Source: a virus. Taken from it: DNA of 64,000 bases. Made by a program: the position numbers and the translations under genes. Below the pieces are notes generated by a model. That model was given only the letters and a program-made list of their open reading frames with translations, was not told the origin of the DNA and did not search any database. Location: IMG/VR virus record IMGVR_UViG_3300046499_000422, positions 4,060 to 68,059 of that record; one strand, given 5' to 3'. Positions 25,751 through 35,423 of the stretch are shown one piece after another (the stretch's first letter is position 1; every line of letters starts with the position of its first letter).

Positions 25751-27976
25751 CTAGAGTGCGACGATCGCGGGGGCGGCGAGACGGATGTCTTCGCCTGCGG
25801 TGTGGGCTTTCACAATGCCGTTGATGCTGCGGGCCATCGTGAATGTCTGGGGGTCCGAGGATCCGGTCACGGCGCTCACTGTCATAACCTCGCCGCCCAT
25901 GGCGATATCGAAGGGCGGGTCGGTTACATCGGTGGTCCACAGGCCGCCGTCGCCGGTTGGCGAGACGAGCATGCTGGTGGCGCTGCTGCTGATATCAGCG
26001 GCCAGAATGGAGCCGTCGGTATCGACAAAATCGGTATCGGTGACCGCAATGTGATAGGGCGATTCGGGTACGCAGTTGTAGGTGATGACGTGCTGGAACT
26101 GGTCGATGGTTTCGGACATGCCGACAGTCAGGACGCTGATGGGGCCGGGTGGCAGCCACGACGGCGGATCATTAATCGTGATGCGGTGGCCGGGCCGGAT
26201 GGCGAGGGCCTGCCCGCGCAGCGTCGTTGACCCGGTGAAGCTCGGATGGGCGAGGTTCACGGTGATCTGCGGGTAGCGGGCCTCATCAACGGTGCCGAGG
26301 TGGACGCGCCATGCGGCCTGATCGGGGAGGTCCCCGTCGGCTTGCACGTTGACGGTCACGCTCGTGTCGTACAGGCCCACCCCGTTCGGCGGATCCATGG
26401 TTGACAGGGCCCCCGTGTCCAGGTCCGCCACGGCAGACGAGCCTCCCGTACGGCTGGCGGTGACCTGGTTGGTGACGAGCTGGTCGTCATCCACCGGTTC
26501 CGGGATGGCCGCCAGTTGCGGGCCGTAGTCCAGGGCCAGGCCGGCGTCCTGGTTTTCCAGGCTGACGCGGGTGCGGTAGCCGAGACCGAATGTCGTCCAG
26601 CGCTCGTAGAGCAGCCCCATGTCGGCAGTGGCACATTCGGCGATCAGGTCGAGGAGCTTGTCCCGGCCCTGGGCCCCCATGGCGACGGTGTCCGACAGCG
26701 TCCCGAGCTGCCCGAACGCAATGCCCTCTTCGCCTTCGAGACGCTGGATGCGGGCCCCGGCGGTTTCCCCCGCGAATGCGACCATGGCGGGGCTGGTGGC
26801 GGCGTATGCGTCGGTGGCGGACGCGACCGCGATGTGGCCGATAGCGGTGTCACCCAGCGCCCCGTCCTCGCCGACGGTGACACGCGTGGCGAGATTGGTG
26901 TCGTTCACCAGCAGGGAGCCGCCGAGGACGGTAGCGGGGATGCTGTTTAGGGTGCCGTCGGTGATGCTGTAGGTGGTGAGCGTGTAGGTGACGCTGATAG
27001 CCAAGAGGTCGACGAGTTCCAGGCCGATTTGCGTGAGGTCGCCGTTGACGAACGTTGAATAGGTCGCGAATCCTGTGGCGAGGATTTGTGTTCCGTCTAC
27101 GTCATAGGCCCGCAAGTCGAGCTGCCCGGTGGAATTGACGTAGACGCTCCAGCGGCGTGCGCTGCCTGTGCAGTCGAGGCTGATGAGGCGTTGGGTGGAG
27201 GACACGCCTGCGGCCGGGGTTTGTACGAAGAACCGCAGCGAGATCGAGCTGAAGGTGTCCAGCGGGTAGGTGGGGATGGTGCCGGTGAATTTCCCGGTCG
27301 CCATGAGGGGCAGCAAATCCGACGCGGGCCACGTGGAGGATCCAGTGAGCGTCACACTGCCGGTGATGGCCATCGCCGGCGCACCAGGCAGACCGGAAGC
27401 AACCGACGTGGAACCTGTGGCATCCTCGCAGGGCCAGTAGGCGACGAGGCGGGCGGCCCTGGATGGCTTGGTGAACTCGCGGAGCATCGCCGATTTCAGC
27501 GGCGTGGAGCCCTGGGTGAGCCTGCGGAGGATCCCGGCTGCTTCGATGTCCACCCAGACGTCGGCGCCGGTCGGGTCCCATTTCACTGGCCATGCGGGGA
27601 TCTCACCTTGGAAGCGGTATTCCTTGGCGTTGCCGTTGGGGACGCTGACCCGCATTTTGGTGTTGCGGCCGATCTTCCCGTAGTAGGGGGAGTTCGGGTT
27701 CCTCGGCGAGAATAGGCCGTCCCTATTGTTGAGCTGGAAAGCACAGCGCCCCGGATCGAGGGAGGCGCCCTCACCGCTGCGGCCGGTGGTGATCGTGACG
27801 TTCTGATTACCGTCGCGGGTCATGACTCGCGAGGTGATGTCCGTCCACAGGCCGTCCACGAGGATCTCGACGGTGACCGGGTCGCCGGTAGGTACCTCGC
27901 CAGTGGCGCGCGTCTGGGCCGGGAGCCCGCCAGAGCGGAGCCACCAGCCTGCGAGGAGAGGAGCGACACGGGTCAC
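25751..27976 (-). CDS. Minor tail (baseplate hub-like) protein
   Basis: 741 aa after the tape measure; WTDIT...LNNRDGLFSPRNP and LVAYWP.ED motifs. Confidence 0.8.
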   Translation of the reverse strand: MTRVAPLLAGWWLRSGGLPAQTRATGEVPTGDPVTVEILVDGLWTDITSRVMTRDGNQNVTITTGRSGEGASLDPGRCAFQLNNRDGLFSPRNPNSPYYGKIGRNTKMRVSVPNGNAKEYRFQGEIPAWPVKWDPTGADVWVDIEAAGILRRLTQGSTPLKSAMLREFTKPSRAARLVAYWPCEDATGSTSVASGLPGAPAMAITGSVTLTGSSTWPASDLLPLMATGKFTGTIPTYPLDTFSSISLRFFVQTPAAGVSSTQRLISLDCTGSARRWSVYVNSTGQLDLRAYDVDGTQILATGFATYSTFVNGDLTQIGLELVDLLAISVTYTLTTYSITDGTLNSIPATVLGGSLLVNDTNLATRVTVGEDGALGDTAIGHIAVASATDAYAATSPAMVAFAGETAGARIQRLEGEEGIAFGQLGTLSDTVAMGAQGRDKLLDLIAECATADMGLLYERWTTFGLGYRTRVSLENQDAGLALDYGPQLAAIPEPVDDDQLVTNQVTASRTGGSSAVADLDTGALSTMDPPNGVGLYDTSVTVNVQADGDLPDQAAWRVHLGTVDEARYPQITVNLAHPSFTGSTTLRGQALAIRPGHRITINDPPSWLPPGPISVLTVGMSETIDQFQHVITYNCVPESPYHIAVTDTDFVDTDGSILAADISSSATSMLVSPTGDGGLWTTDVTDPPFDIAMGGEVMTVSAVTGSSDPQTFTMARSINGIVKAHTAGEDIRLAAPAIVAL

Positions 27977-27979
27977 GGA

Positions 27980-28489
27980 TCAGGACTCCGACCAGCAGAC
28001 CCAGCAGCGGAGATCCATTGCCGTGGTGGGGGTCGTCGCCCTGACGCGGAGGAATCGGCTGGACGCCACCACGGGGCGCTCATCGGGCATGAACTGGTAG
28101 GAGTAGACGAGCGGGGACTCGCCGGATACGGAGCTGAGGCTCACCGTGTCGAAGGTGCGCGTCGCGGTGATCGCGCCCTCGACGGTGGCCGTATAGCCGG
28201 TCGCCGAGACTCCGCCTACGCAGAAGGACGCGGGGGCGCCCGGGTCGAGAGGCTGGATGCCTGCGGTGACGGCGGCGGTGACGGTGGCCGCGACATCGGT
28301 CTGGATCAGCTCGATCACCGCGTCCGCGCCCGGCGGGTCGTCCGAGGAGAAGCCCCACGAGATGATCGTGGCCCGGACCGTTGCGGGCGCGGCCACCTGA
28401 AGCATCGTCTTGATAGCCGTGCCCGTGGTCACGGCCGCCTGTGCGGCCGTGGTTGGCATGACCGCGTTCCAGGTCTTGAAGACCGCCAT
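27980..28489 (-). CDS. Putative tail protein
   Basis: 169 aa beta-rich ORF directly after the tape measure. Confidence 0.7.
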   Translation of the reverse strand: MAVFKTWNAVMPTTAAQAAVTTGTAIKTMLQVAAPATVRATIISWGFSSDDPPGADAVIELIQTDVAATVTAAVTAGIQPLDPGAPASFCVGGVSATGYTATVEGAITATRTFDTVSLSSVSGESPLVYSYQFMPDERPVVASSRFLRVRATTPTTAMDLRCWVCWSES

Positions 28490-28499
28490 CGTCTGTCCC

Positions 28500-31400
28500 C
28501 TATCCGTTTCCGCGCCCGAAGGCTTTCTGAACCGACCCGCCCGCAATGTTGTTGACGACCCCACGAATCGGGTCCACCAGGGCGCGGGCGACGACCTTGC
28601 CGTCGAGCACGAGGTTCACCTGGATGGGCTGACCGCCCCCGCCGCCGGCCATGGCCATCTGCCGCGACTGCCCCGCCGGGTACACCGTGGACCCGTACGG
28701 CAGGCGGGCCAGCTCCGGGCCCTGCTCACCCACCCACGTCAGACCGCCCCGCGCCCCACCCGTAGCGGCGCCGATGATGCCGCCCGTGGCCTTGCCGCCG
28801 AAGCCCTTCTTGATGGCGTTCTCCATCACCTTCGCCAGGTGATCCATCGACTTCGAAAGCTTCTCCTGCTGCTTCTTCAGCGAGTCCACGAGATGGTCGG
28901 TGGCCTTGATCTGCTTGGCGTACATCGCATCCGCCGTCGTCTTCCCCGCAGCGCCGGCCGCCTTCGTGAGCTGCTTCTCCAGGGTGTTGATCTGCTTGAT
29001 GTCCGCCGACGACGAGCCCAGCAGCCGGGTTGCGGTCTCCAGGCCACCGCCCTCCACCCCGGCCTGTGCGATCTCACTGAGGGACTGGGCGTTGAGGCCG
29101 CGCTTCTTCAACTGCGCGAGCGCCGACGCGAGGGACTGGGCGTCTGCGACCTTGGAGCCCATCTGCTGGATCAGGCCCTGCCCGCCCGTCCACGCCCCGG
29201 TGTTCTGCGCCCCGTTGACGATGCTGCCGCCGGACACGATCCCCGACTTGATGCCGGACGCGAGCTGAGCCGCCGCGTCCTTCAGGGATGACAGCTTGTC
29301 CTTCGCCTTGTCGAGTGCGCTGTTCACCTTCGACAAGGCCTTCTCCTGCCGGATCAAGGCTGCCCCGGTCGAGCTGAGGGACTTCAGCAGCCCGCGCTCC
29401 GTCGCGCCGGACGTGGCGGCCTTGATGATGCCCTTCCACTTGTTCAGGGCATCCACAAGGCCACTCAGGGAATCGGGCGACCCCAGCGCCGCTCCGAGTT
29501 CGGAGCGGCGGTATCCGGCCATCTGCCCGAACGCGCTGATCGTCAGGTCCGGCCACGCCTGCGACCGGGCCTGCGCCTGGGCCTTGTTCCGCGCCTGCTG
29601 CGCCTTGGTGACCTTGCCGCCCTTGGCGTACGCCTGGTACGGCTCGCCGTCGTCCATCATCCGCCGCGACTGACCAGCCGGGTACACAGTCGAGCCGACC
29701 GGGAGACGCACCAACTCGGGGCCCTGCTCGCCGACCAGGGACAGTGAGCCGCGGGTGACGCCTCCATCGGCGTACGCGCCGATCACGCCGCCGGTAGCCT
29801 TGCCCGGGGCCAGGACCGTTCCCTCCCCAGGCCGCTTGCCGACCGACACGTACTTCGAGTACGTGGTGATCGTCACCGACTTGCCCTTCAGCGAGGCGAT
29901 AGCCGCCTTCGCCGCCCTGATCTGGGCCTTCAGCTGGTCGATGCTCGCCTGAAGCTTCGTCCTCTTAGATGCCGGAACCGTCTTGAGATCTGCCTTCGCG
30001 GCGGCCAGCTTCGACTTGAGGTCATCGAGGTTGCCCTTCAGCCGGGCCGTCTTGTCCGGTGCCTTCAAGATCTGGCCGGCAAGCTTCTGCGCCTCAGCCC
30101 GCGTCAGACCCATCGCCTCGGCAGCCGCAATGAGCTTGCCCCGGCCCCGGTCGTAAATCTTGTTCACCGCAGACCACGATGCCCCCGACTCCCGTGCCGA
30201 AGCCGTTGCCGAGTCTGTCTTCGCCGCCAGATCCGACAGGGCCTGAGCCTCGTTGCGGGCTTTCTCCGACCCCAGGTCGAGCTGACCGTGGACCATGCGC
30301 AGCGCCTGGCCGTTGTCCTTCGCTGCCTTCGACGCCGCATCGATCGCCGCCTCAAAGCCGATCATCCCGCCGAGGCCCTGCCGGTTCACGTCGTTGAGCG
30401 CCTGGATGCTCTGTCGCAGGCCGTCGGCGCTCTGCTTCTGCGCGGCGAGCTTGGCCTGTACGTCCATGGCCTGCTGTCCGAACAGGCCCATCGAGTCGGC
30501 GGCGAGCTGCTGCTCGAACGCGGCATCGGCGAGCGCGCTCTTGTAGTCGTCGAGCTGGCCTTTCAGGCCCTTCGTGGAATGCCCCGCCTTGGCCGTGGCC
30601 TCCACCGCCCGGTTGAACGCCGCGTTCGCCAGATCCGCGTTGCCGCCCTTGACGAGGCTGGCCAGGGACTTGTCGAACGCGTCGACGTCCTTCTTGGCGT
30701 CGGCGACCGGGGTGGAGTCCATGCCGATCAGACCGACGAGGAACTGCTGCACCCGGTCCGCGTTGCTGGGGTTGGCCAGTGTGTTGATGGAGTCGGCCAG
30801 GCCGCCGAGGTCCGCGCCGTACGACCGCAGCGCCTCACCGCTGGCCTTGCCCGTACGGCCGAGGTTGCCGATTGCCGTCGCCATCTTGTCGACGTCCGGC
30901 GGCGCCTTCTTCCCGATCGCGCTGAGCCTGGTCAAGACCACCGCAACCGCGGCGATCCCCGCCACGATCACCGACGCCTTCGCCGCCGTCCCCAGCGTGG
31001 CGAACGCCGCCCGCAGGCCCGCCACGCCACCACCAGCCGCGACCGAAGCCGCCCGCAGCGCCACGATCCGCGTCGTCAACGTCGTCACACCGCCGGCCGC
31101 CGCACCCACCCCGGCCCCCGCCAACTTGATCAGCTTGAACGCCGTGTACACCTGCATCAGATTCGCCAGGAGCGACGCCGGCACCGCTGCCACGAGCTTC
31201 GCGAAAGCGTTCACGAGCGTCAGCAGCCCCGGCCCCGCCTGCGACGCCGCATCCAGCAGGTGCACCACGGCCGTACTGAGGTTGCTGAGGGTGTCCTTGA
31301 CGGCGGGCCCGTTGGCCTTGGCGTAGGCGAAGAACGAGGCGATCGGCCCACTCATCTTCCCCTCGGACAGGACCCGGGAGAAGTGCAGCGTTCCATCGAC

Positions 31401-32411
31401 GGCGCTCTTCAGCGAGTTGTTCGCGAAGTCGGAGACCTTCTGCGACAACTCGTCGAAGGCCGTCGAGTTGATGCCGCCGCCGGCCGCTGTCACCAGCCGG
31501 GACAGCTGGAGCGACGACTCCTCAACCATCGGGGTCAGCTTCGGCAAGATCCCCTGAAGCACCGCAAAGGACCGGGTGACCGGGACCATCGTGAAGCCAG
31601 CCAGGCCATCCGACCAGCCCTTGTACTTCTCGCCCAATACCTGGAACGCGATCGCCGCCTTGTACGTCGCCGGAGGCATCCCGGCCACGCTCGCCTGATA
31701 CGCCTTCTGCGATGTCATGGCTGCCTGCGACATGGCGCCGGTCTTGCCCACGTTGTCCTGGTAGGTCTTCTGTGCCTTCGCCGCGTCCGCAAAGCTCTGG
31801 ATCTGCGGGATGATCGCTGCGCCGAACGCGGCCATCGCGGTCGTTGCCGCGCCAGCCTGGACGGCGATCGGGGCCAGCGCTGCCGCTACGGGGATCGCTG
31901 CTGGCGCGAGTGAGATCAGCGCCGCCTTCAGGTCACCGAATGCCCCCGCGCCATCGCCACCCCCACCTCCCCCGCCGAGGCCGCCTCGCAGGTCGCCCAG
32001 CCCGGCGCCAGCCCGGCGTGCCGAGGTGTCCAGCCCGTCCAGCTCCGTACGCAGCGTCCGCGTGCGGTCCGACAGGTCACCGAGGCGGCCGTGTGCTGCC
32101 TCGGTGCGGGTGCCCATGGTTCGCAAGCCGTTGCTGACGCCGGTCGCCCGCGTGCGGAGCTCCGCCAATGCGAGGGAGGACTCGACGGCGCGGTCGCGCA
32201 GCGTCCGCAGGGCGCGGCTGGCGGACTCCGCGCCGTCGTGGAGGCTCCGCAGTGCCACGCTGGCGGCGGTGGCTCGGGTGGTGAGGGTGGTGAGGGCCTG
32301 CCCGGCATTCTGCGCGTTCTGCTTGAGCTGGCGGAGGGAGGTATTGACAGCGGTGAGTCCAGAGCCAGTGTCGTTGCCGACACGGACGCGGATCTCAATG
32401 TCATTCGCCAT
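28500..32411 (-). CDS. Tape measure protein
   Basis: ~1300 aa Ala/Gly-rich helical protein after the tail chaperone; VGEQGPEL motifs. Confidence 0.92.
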   Translation of the reverse strand: MANDIEIRVRVGNDTGSGLTAVNTSLRQLKQNAQNAGQALTTLTTRATAASVALRSLHDGAESASRALRTLRDRAVESSLALAELRTRATGVSNGLRTMGTRTEAAHGRLGDLSDRTRTLRTELDGLDTSARRAGAGLGDLRGGLGGGGGGGDGAGAFGDLKAALISLAPAAIPVAAALAPIAVQAGAATTAMAAFGAAIIPQIQSFADAAKAQKTYQDNVGKTGAMSQAAMTSQKAYQASVAGMPPATYKAAIAFQVLGEKYKGWSDGLAGFTMVPVTRSFAVLQGILPKLTPMVEESSLQLSRLVTAAGGGINSTAFDELSQKVSDFANNSLKSAVDGTLHFSRVLSEGKMSGPIASFFAYAKANGPAVKDTLSNLSTAVVHLLDAASQAGPGLLTLVNAFAKLVAAVPASLLANLMQVYTAFKLIKLAGAGVGAAAGGVTTLTTRIVALRAASVAAGGGVAGLRAAFATLGTAAKASVIVAGIAAVAVVLTRLSAIGKKAPPDVDKMATAIGNLGRTGKASGEALRSYGADLGGLADSINTLANPSNADRVQQFLVGLIGMDSTPVADAKKDVDAFDKSLASLVKGGNADLANAAFNRAVEATAKAGHSTKGLKGQLDDYKSALADAAFEQQLAADSMGLFGQQAMDVQAKLAAQKQSADGLRQSIQALNDVNRQGLGGMIGFEAAIDAASKAAKDNGQALRMVHGQLDLGSEKARNEAQALSDLAAKTDSATASARESGASWSAVNKIYDRGRGKLIAAAEAMGLTRAEAQKLAGQILKAPDKTARLKGNLDDLKSKLAAAKADLKTVPASKRTKLQASIDQLKAQIRAAKAAIASLKGKSVTITTYSKYVSVGKRPGEGTVLAPGKATGGVIGAYADGGVTRGSLSLVGEQGPELVRLPVGSTVYPAGQSRRMMDDGEPYQAYAKGGKVTKAQQARNKAQAQARSQAWPDLTISAFGQMAGYRRSELGAALGSPDSLSGLVDALNKWKGIIKAATSGATERGLLKSLSSTGAALIRQEKALSKVNSALDKAKDKLSSLKDAAAQLASGIKSGIVSGGSIVNGAQNTGAWTGGQGLIQQMGSKVADAQSLASALAQLKKRGLNAQSLSEIAQAGVEGGGLETATRLLGSSSADIKQINTLEKQLTKAAGAAGKTTADAMYAKQIKATDHLVDSLKKQQEKLSKSMDHLAKVMENAIKKGFGGKATGGIIGAATGGARGGLTWVGEQGPELARLPYGSTVYPAGQSRQMAMAGGGGGQPIQVNLVLDGKVVARALVDPIRGVVNNIAGGSVQKAFGRGNG

Positions 32412-32634
32412 CGTCGTCACCTCCCTCCGGTGTGCCAAGTCGTTCGATTGCGTACATGCGCAGGAGGTCGGCGTCCTCCTGGTACAGGGTGGTCAGGGTG
32501 TAGCCGGGGAACTCGCGGAGCATGCCGAGGATCAGGCGGGCACGCTTGAGCTCTCCGGGCTCGGCGACAGGGTCTCCATCGGAATCGATGCCACCAGGGA
32601 CGGCCCGCCAGAGGGCGAGCTCTGCGGCAAAGGG
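32401..32634 (-). CDS. Tail assembly chaperone -1 frameshift extension (T)
   Basis: Slippery C-CCT-TTG at 32634-32628 leads into PFAAELALWR...DDGE, ending at the TMP start. Confidence 0.7.
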   Translation of the reverse strand, partial: PFAAELALWRAVPGGIDSDGDPVAEPGELKRARLILGMLREFPGYTLTTLYQEDADLLRMYAIERLGTPEGGDDDGE

Positions 32635-32951
32635 TCGGCATCGTGGACCCCGTTCAGGGCGTCGATCCATGCGGAGGCGAGGTCGATGCCGTCGTCGCGG
32701 TCGAGGTCGTTGAACTCTTCGACAGTGGGGGGGATGGGGGTGCCGTCGGGGCGCTCGTAGGTCCAGGAGATCAGCGAGTTGGCGAGACGCTGGGCGACTT
32801 CGGCGACGGATTCGCCGTCGCTGCCGTCGAGGCCGACAACCTTGAAGTAGTCGCCGATGTTCATGCCCTTGCAGGTCACTTCGAGGCCGTGAAGGCGGTG
32901 GCCTTCCTTGAACTTCAGGGTGACGATGCGGGGCTGCTTGGTGAATCCCAC
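32532..32951 (-). CDS. Tail assembly chaperone (G)
   Basis: Lies between the tail tube gene and TMP; overlaps a -1 frame ORF. Confidence 0.8.
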   Translation of the reverse strand: MGFTKQPRIVTLKFKEGHRLHGLEVTCKGMNIGDYFKVVGLDGSDGESVAEVAQRLANSLISWTYERPDGTPIPPTVEEFNDLDRDDGIDLASAWIDALNGVHDADPLPQSSPSGGPSLVASIPMETLSPSPESSSVPA

Positions 32952-32975
32952 GTCAGGGCCTTTCCGGGAGTCTGG

Positions 32976-33383
32976 TCATGCCCAGGTGGGGGCAGCGCCG
33001 TCGGCGAGGACGCCAGGCACGGCAAAGGTGAGCGCGCCGTCGTCCGCCCGGTTCAGCGGGTAGTCGGTGAAGAGCATCTCCATGGCCAGCACCTTCGCGG
33101 ACACGGTGAGCGTGACGGTGCGGTTGACCGACGTGGAGGGCACGGTCTTGAACACGTCGTGCGACATGTTCGACGCCGGGTTGAACACGCCGTTCCCGGT
33201 GAACGAGCCGTCAGCGAGCAGCAGCAGCCGCTCCATCGCGCTCTTGTCGATGCCGGTGATGTCCTGCACCGCTCGCGGGGTCGCGAACTGGATGGACGTG
33301 AAGTCGTTCTTGATGGCCTGCGCCGATCCCGCACTGTCGTCGACAGAGCAGGTAGTCCAGCCGAGGCCCGAGCTCTTGGCCAT
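32976..33383 (-). CDS. Tail tube-like protein (short paralog)
   Basis: MAKSSGLG...ITGIDKSAMERL...DG...FNP; directly upstream of the chaperone. Confidence 0.75.
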   Translation of the reverse strand: MAKSSGLGWTTCSVDDSAGSAQAIKNDFTSIQFATPRAVQDITGIDKSAMERLLLLADGSFTGNGVFNPASNMSHDVFKTVPSTSVNRTVTLTVSAKVLAMEMLFTDYPLNRADDGALTFAVPGVLADGAAPTWA

Positions 33384-33385
33384 GG

Positions 33386-33817
33386 TCAGCCCCTCTCGTG
33401 TTGTTCCTTGACGGCCAGCTGGTGCTCGCCGAAGTCATCCACCCAGTCGGTCGGCCGGGTGTGCTGCCGCTGCCGGCCGGTCGGGTTACCGCGCCAGTCG
33501 CCGTCGCGGACGATGTACAGCTCCGGCTTGTCCAGGCGGATGCGGTGCTCCGATGCGGCGAAGCACGCCTGTCCGGGCTCGAACAACAGCCACGTCTCGC
33601 CCTCGGCGATGTGCTGCTCGGTGTACCGCCGGCCGCTGTTCTTCGCCGCGTGGAGCAGGTCCGGGGTGAGGGATTCGACGCGGGTGCGCCAGCCCTCCAC
33701 GTAGTGCGGGCACGCGACTTCGGCGCAGGTCGCTTTCCGGAAGTGGGTGCTGCGCGGGGCGCGGATCTGGAAGGTCTTGTAGGCCTGGATGGGCAGGGCC
33801 GGGTCGATGCGGAACAT
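33386..33817 (-). CDS. Hypothetical tail-region protein
   Basis: 143 aa; CAEVAC and CF..H motifs. Confidence 0.75.
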   Translation of the reverse strand: MFRIDPALPIQAYKTFQIRAPRSTHFRKATCAEVACPHYVEGWRTRVESLTPDLLHAAKNSGRRYTEQHIAEGETWLLFEPGQACFAASEHRIRLDKPELYIVRDGDWRGNPTGRQRQHTRPTDWVDDFGEHQLAVKEQHERG

Positions 33818-34566
33818 CAGAAGGTCACCGCCGTGTCATTCCGGGCCACCGAGACGGCGAAGGTGGCGTTGGAGAAGGTGCCGGTGGTGACGATCCGGAG
33901 GTACCGCTCGACGGTCTGCCCGGATGCGGTCGCGATGCGCTGCGAGGTGATGCCGGTGGCGGCGGTGAAGGCGCCGCCGGTGACGTCAGCGAAGGCGTCG
34001 CCCGCGCCGTTGTCGCTGGACTCCTGGAGCTTGACGGTGACCGATGTGCCGGTGAACGCGAAGACGTGCAGGTACGCCTGCAACCCGAACGCCGTCGAGC
34101 CGGTGCCGAAGTCCACGCTGGTGCCGTTCGTGGCCGTGGTGTCGGTCCGCTGGCCGGCCGTGAGGGACTTGCCCCACTCCAGGCCGTAGCCGTTGGCCTG
34201 AGCCTCCACCGCGAGCGTGAACGCCCCGTCGTCCGCCCGGTTGCCGTCGTACCCAATCTGCTTGGCCACGATGCTCGCCGACGGATCCCCGAGCGACGTG
34301 CCCCGAAAGTACGAGGCGACGATGTCGGTAGTCGGCAGCGTGGAGTAGCGGGCGTGTGCGCCGGTGAGCAGTGTCGGGTTGAAGTACGACGTCCACGACA
34401 TGGCCCCGTCGCGCCGGCCGCCGATCCGCTCCATCGCACTCTTGTTGATGCCCGTCACGACGATCGGTGAGTTGCCGCCGCTGACGCTGCTCAGGCTGTT
34501 GGTGTCGCCGGACAGGTCGTATCCGTCGACGTAGAAGTTGTCGCCGAGCCCGCTGGTCTTGGCCAC
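33817..34566 (-). CDS. Tail tube-like protein with C-terminal beta extension (long paralog)
   Basis: MAKTSGLG...VTGINKSAMERI...DG...YFNP plus a Thr-rich beta domain. Confidence 0.75.
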   Translation of the reverse strand: MAKTSGLGDNFYVDGYDLSGDTNSLSSVSGGNSPIVVTGINKSAMERIGGRRDGAMSWTSYFNPTLLTGAHARYSTLPTTDIVASYFRGTSLGDPSASIVAKQIGYDGNRADDGAFTLAVEAQANGYGLEWGKSLTAGQRTDTTATNGTSVDFGTGSTAFGLQAYLHVFAFTGTSVTVKLQESSDNGAGDAFADVTGGAFTAATGITSQRIATASGQTVERYLRIVTTGTFSNATFAVSVARNDTAVTF

Positions 34567-35028
34567 CTACGCCACCTCGTCCCAAAGATCGTTGATGATG
34601 ACCGGCAGGCTGATCGTCATGACCCGCAGCGTCACGCCGGACAGCGGCAGATATCCGGCCCGCGCGGCCAGGGCGGGCCCGTGCGCGCCGAGGACATCGA
34701 TGAATCGGACGTCGTCGGTGCCGCCGAGCTGGAAGTCACCGACGTACGCGCGCACGAGGGCATCCGTCGCGAGGGTGACGTTCGGGTCGATCGCATCGGT
34801 CGGCAGCTGTTCAGCCGAGGTGTAGATCCGCACCGCCAGCCCGAGCCGGGCCGACGCCGAGCCCAGGCCGGAGCCGCGAATGGGGTCGATCGCCTCCACC
34901 CACACGGCCGCCGTCAGCCCCGGCACCGCAGGGCTCAACGGTTCGCCGCCGTTGACCTGCTCGAACCAGCCGGACGCGGCAGCGTGGGAGATGACCGCGT
35001 CGAGGATGCTGTCGATACCAATCGGCAT
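34567..35028 (-). CDS. Putative tail terminator / neck protein
   Basis: 153 aa; position before the tail tube gene. Confidence 0.65.
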   Translation of the reverse strand: MPIGIDSILDAVISHAAASGWFEQVNGGEPLSPAVPGLTAAVWVEAIDPIRGSGLGSASARLGLAVRIYTSAEQLPTDAIDPNVTLATDALVRAYVGDFQLGGTDDVRFIDVLGAHGPALAARAGYLPLSGVTLRVMTISLPVIINDLWDEVA

Positions 35029-35033
35029 GCTGG

Positions 35034-35423
35034 TCACCTCATCTCCGGCAAGTGGCTGGCGACGGCCCGCTCGGCGATCTGCGGGGCGCGGGCCTGCGTG
35101 AGTTCCTTGGTGCGCCGCCAGTGCGAGTAGCCCCGGAAGCGGGTGACGGGGAAGTTGCGGCTGCCGACGCCTTCCAGCCACGGCCCGTAGACGACGCCGC
35201 TGTCCCACACGCGGTCGGTGTCGGCGGCGGCCCGGGTGGTCTTCACCTGCGACTCGTAGTAGCCCGTCGGGTGCTTGAAAGCCGCGCCCATCAGCGTCAG
35301 CGCGTGCTCCTCGGCGAACTCGGCGATGTCGTCACGGGCGTCCTCGCAGGCCCGTGCGATGGCACGCTCGGCACGCCCGTCGAACCAGGGCCCGGTCATG
35401 CGGATCTCGATGCTGTCGCTCAT
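35034..35423 (-). CDS. Putative neck / tail completion protein
   Basis: PTG.YESQV...VYGPWLEG motif of HK97 gp10-like proteins. Confidence 0.65.
   Translation of the reverse strand: MSDSIEIRMTGPWFDGRAERAIARACEDARDDIAEFAEEHALTLMGAAFKHPTGYYESQVKTTRAAADTDRVWDSGVVYGPWLEGVGSRNFPVTRFRGYSHWRRTKELTQARAPQIAERAVASHLPEMR

Noticed and set aside
25050-28500. Diversity-generating retroelement or invertible tail-fibre cassette
   Set aside because: No reverse transcriptase, no TR/VR repeat pair and no inverted crossover sites were seen.
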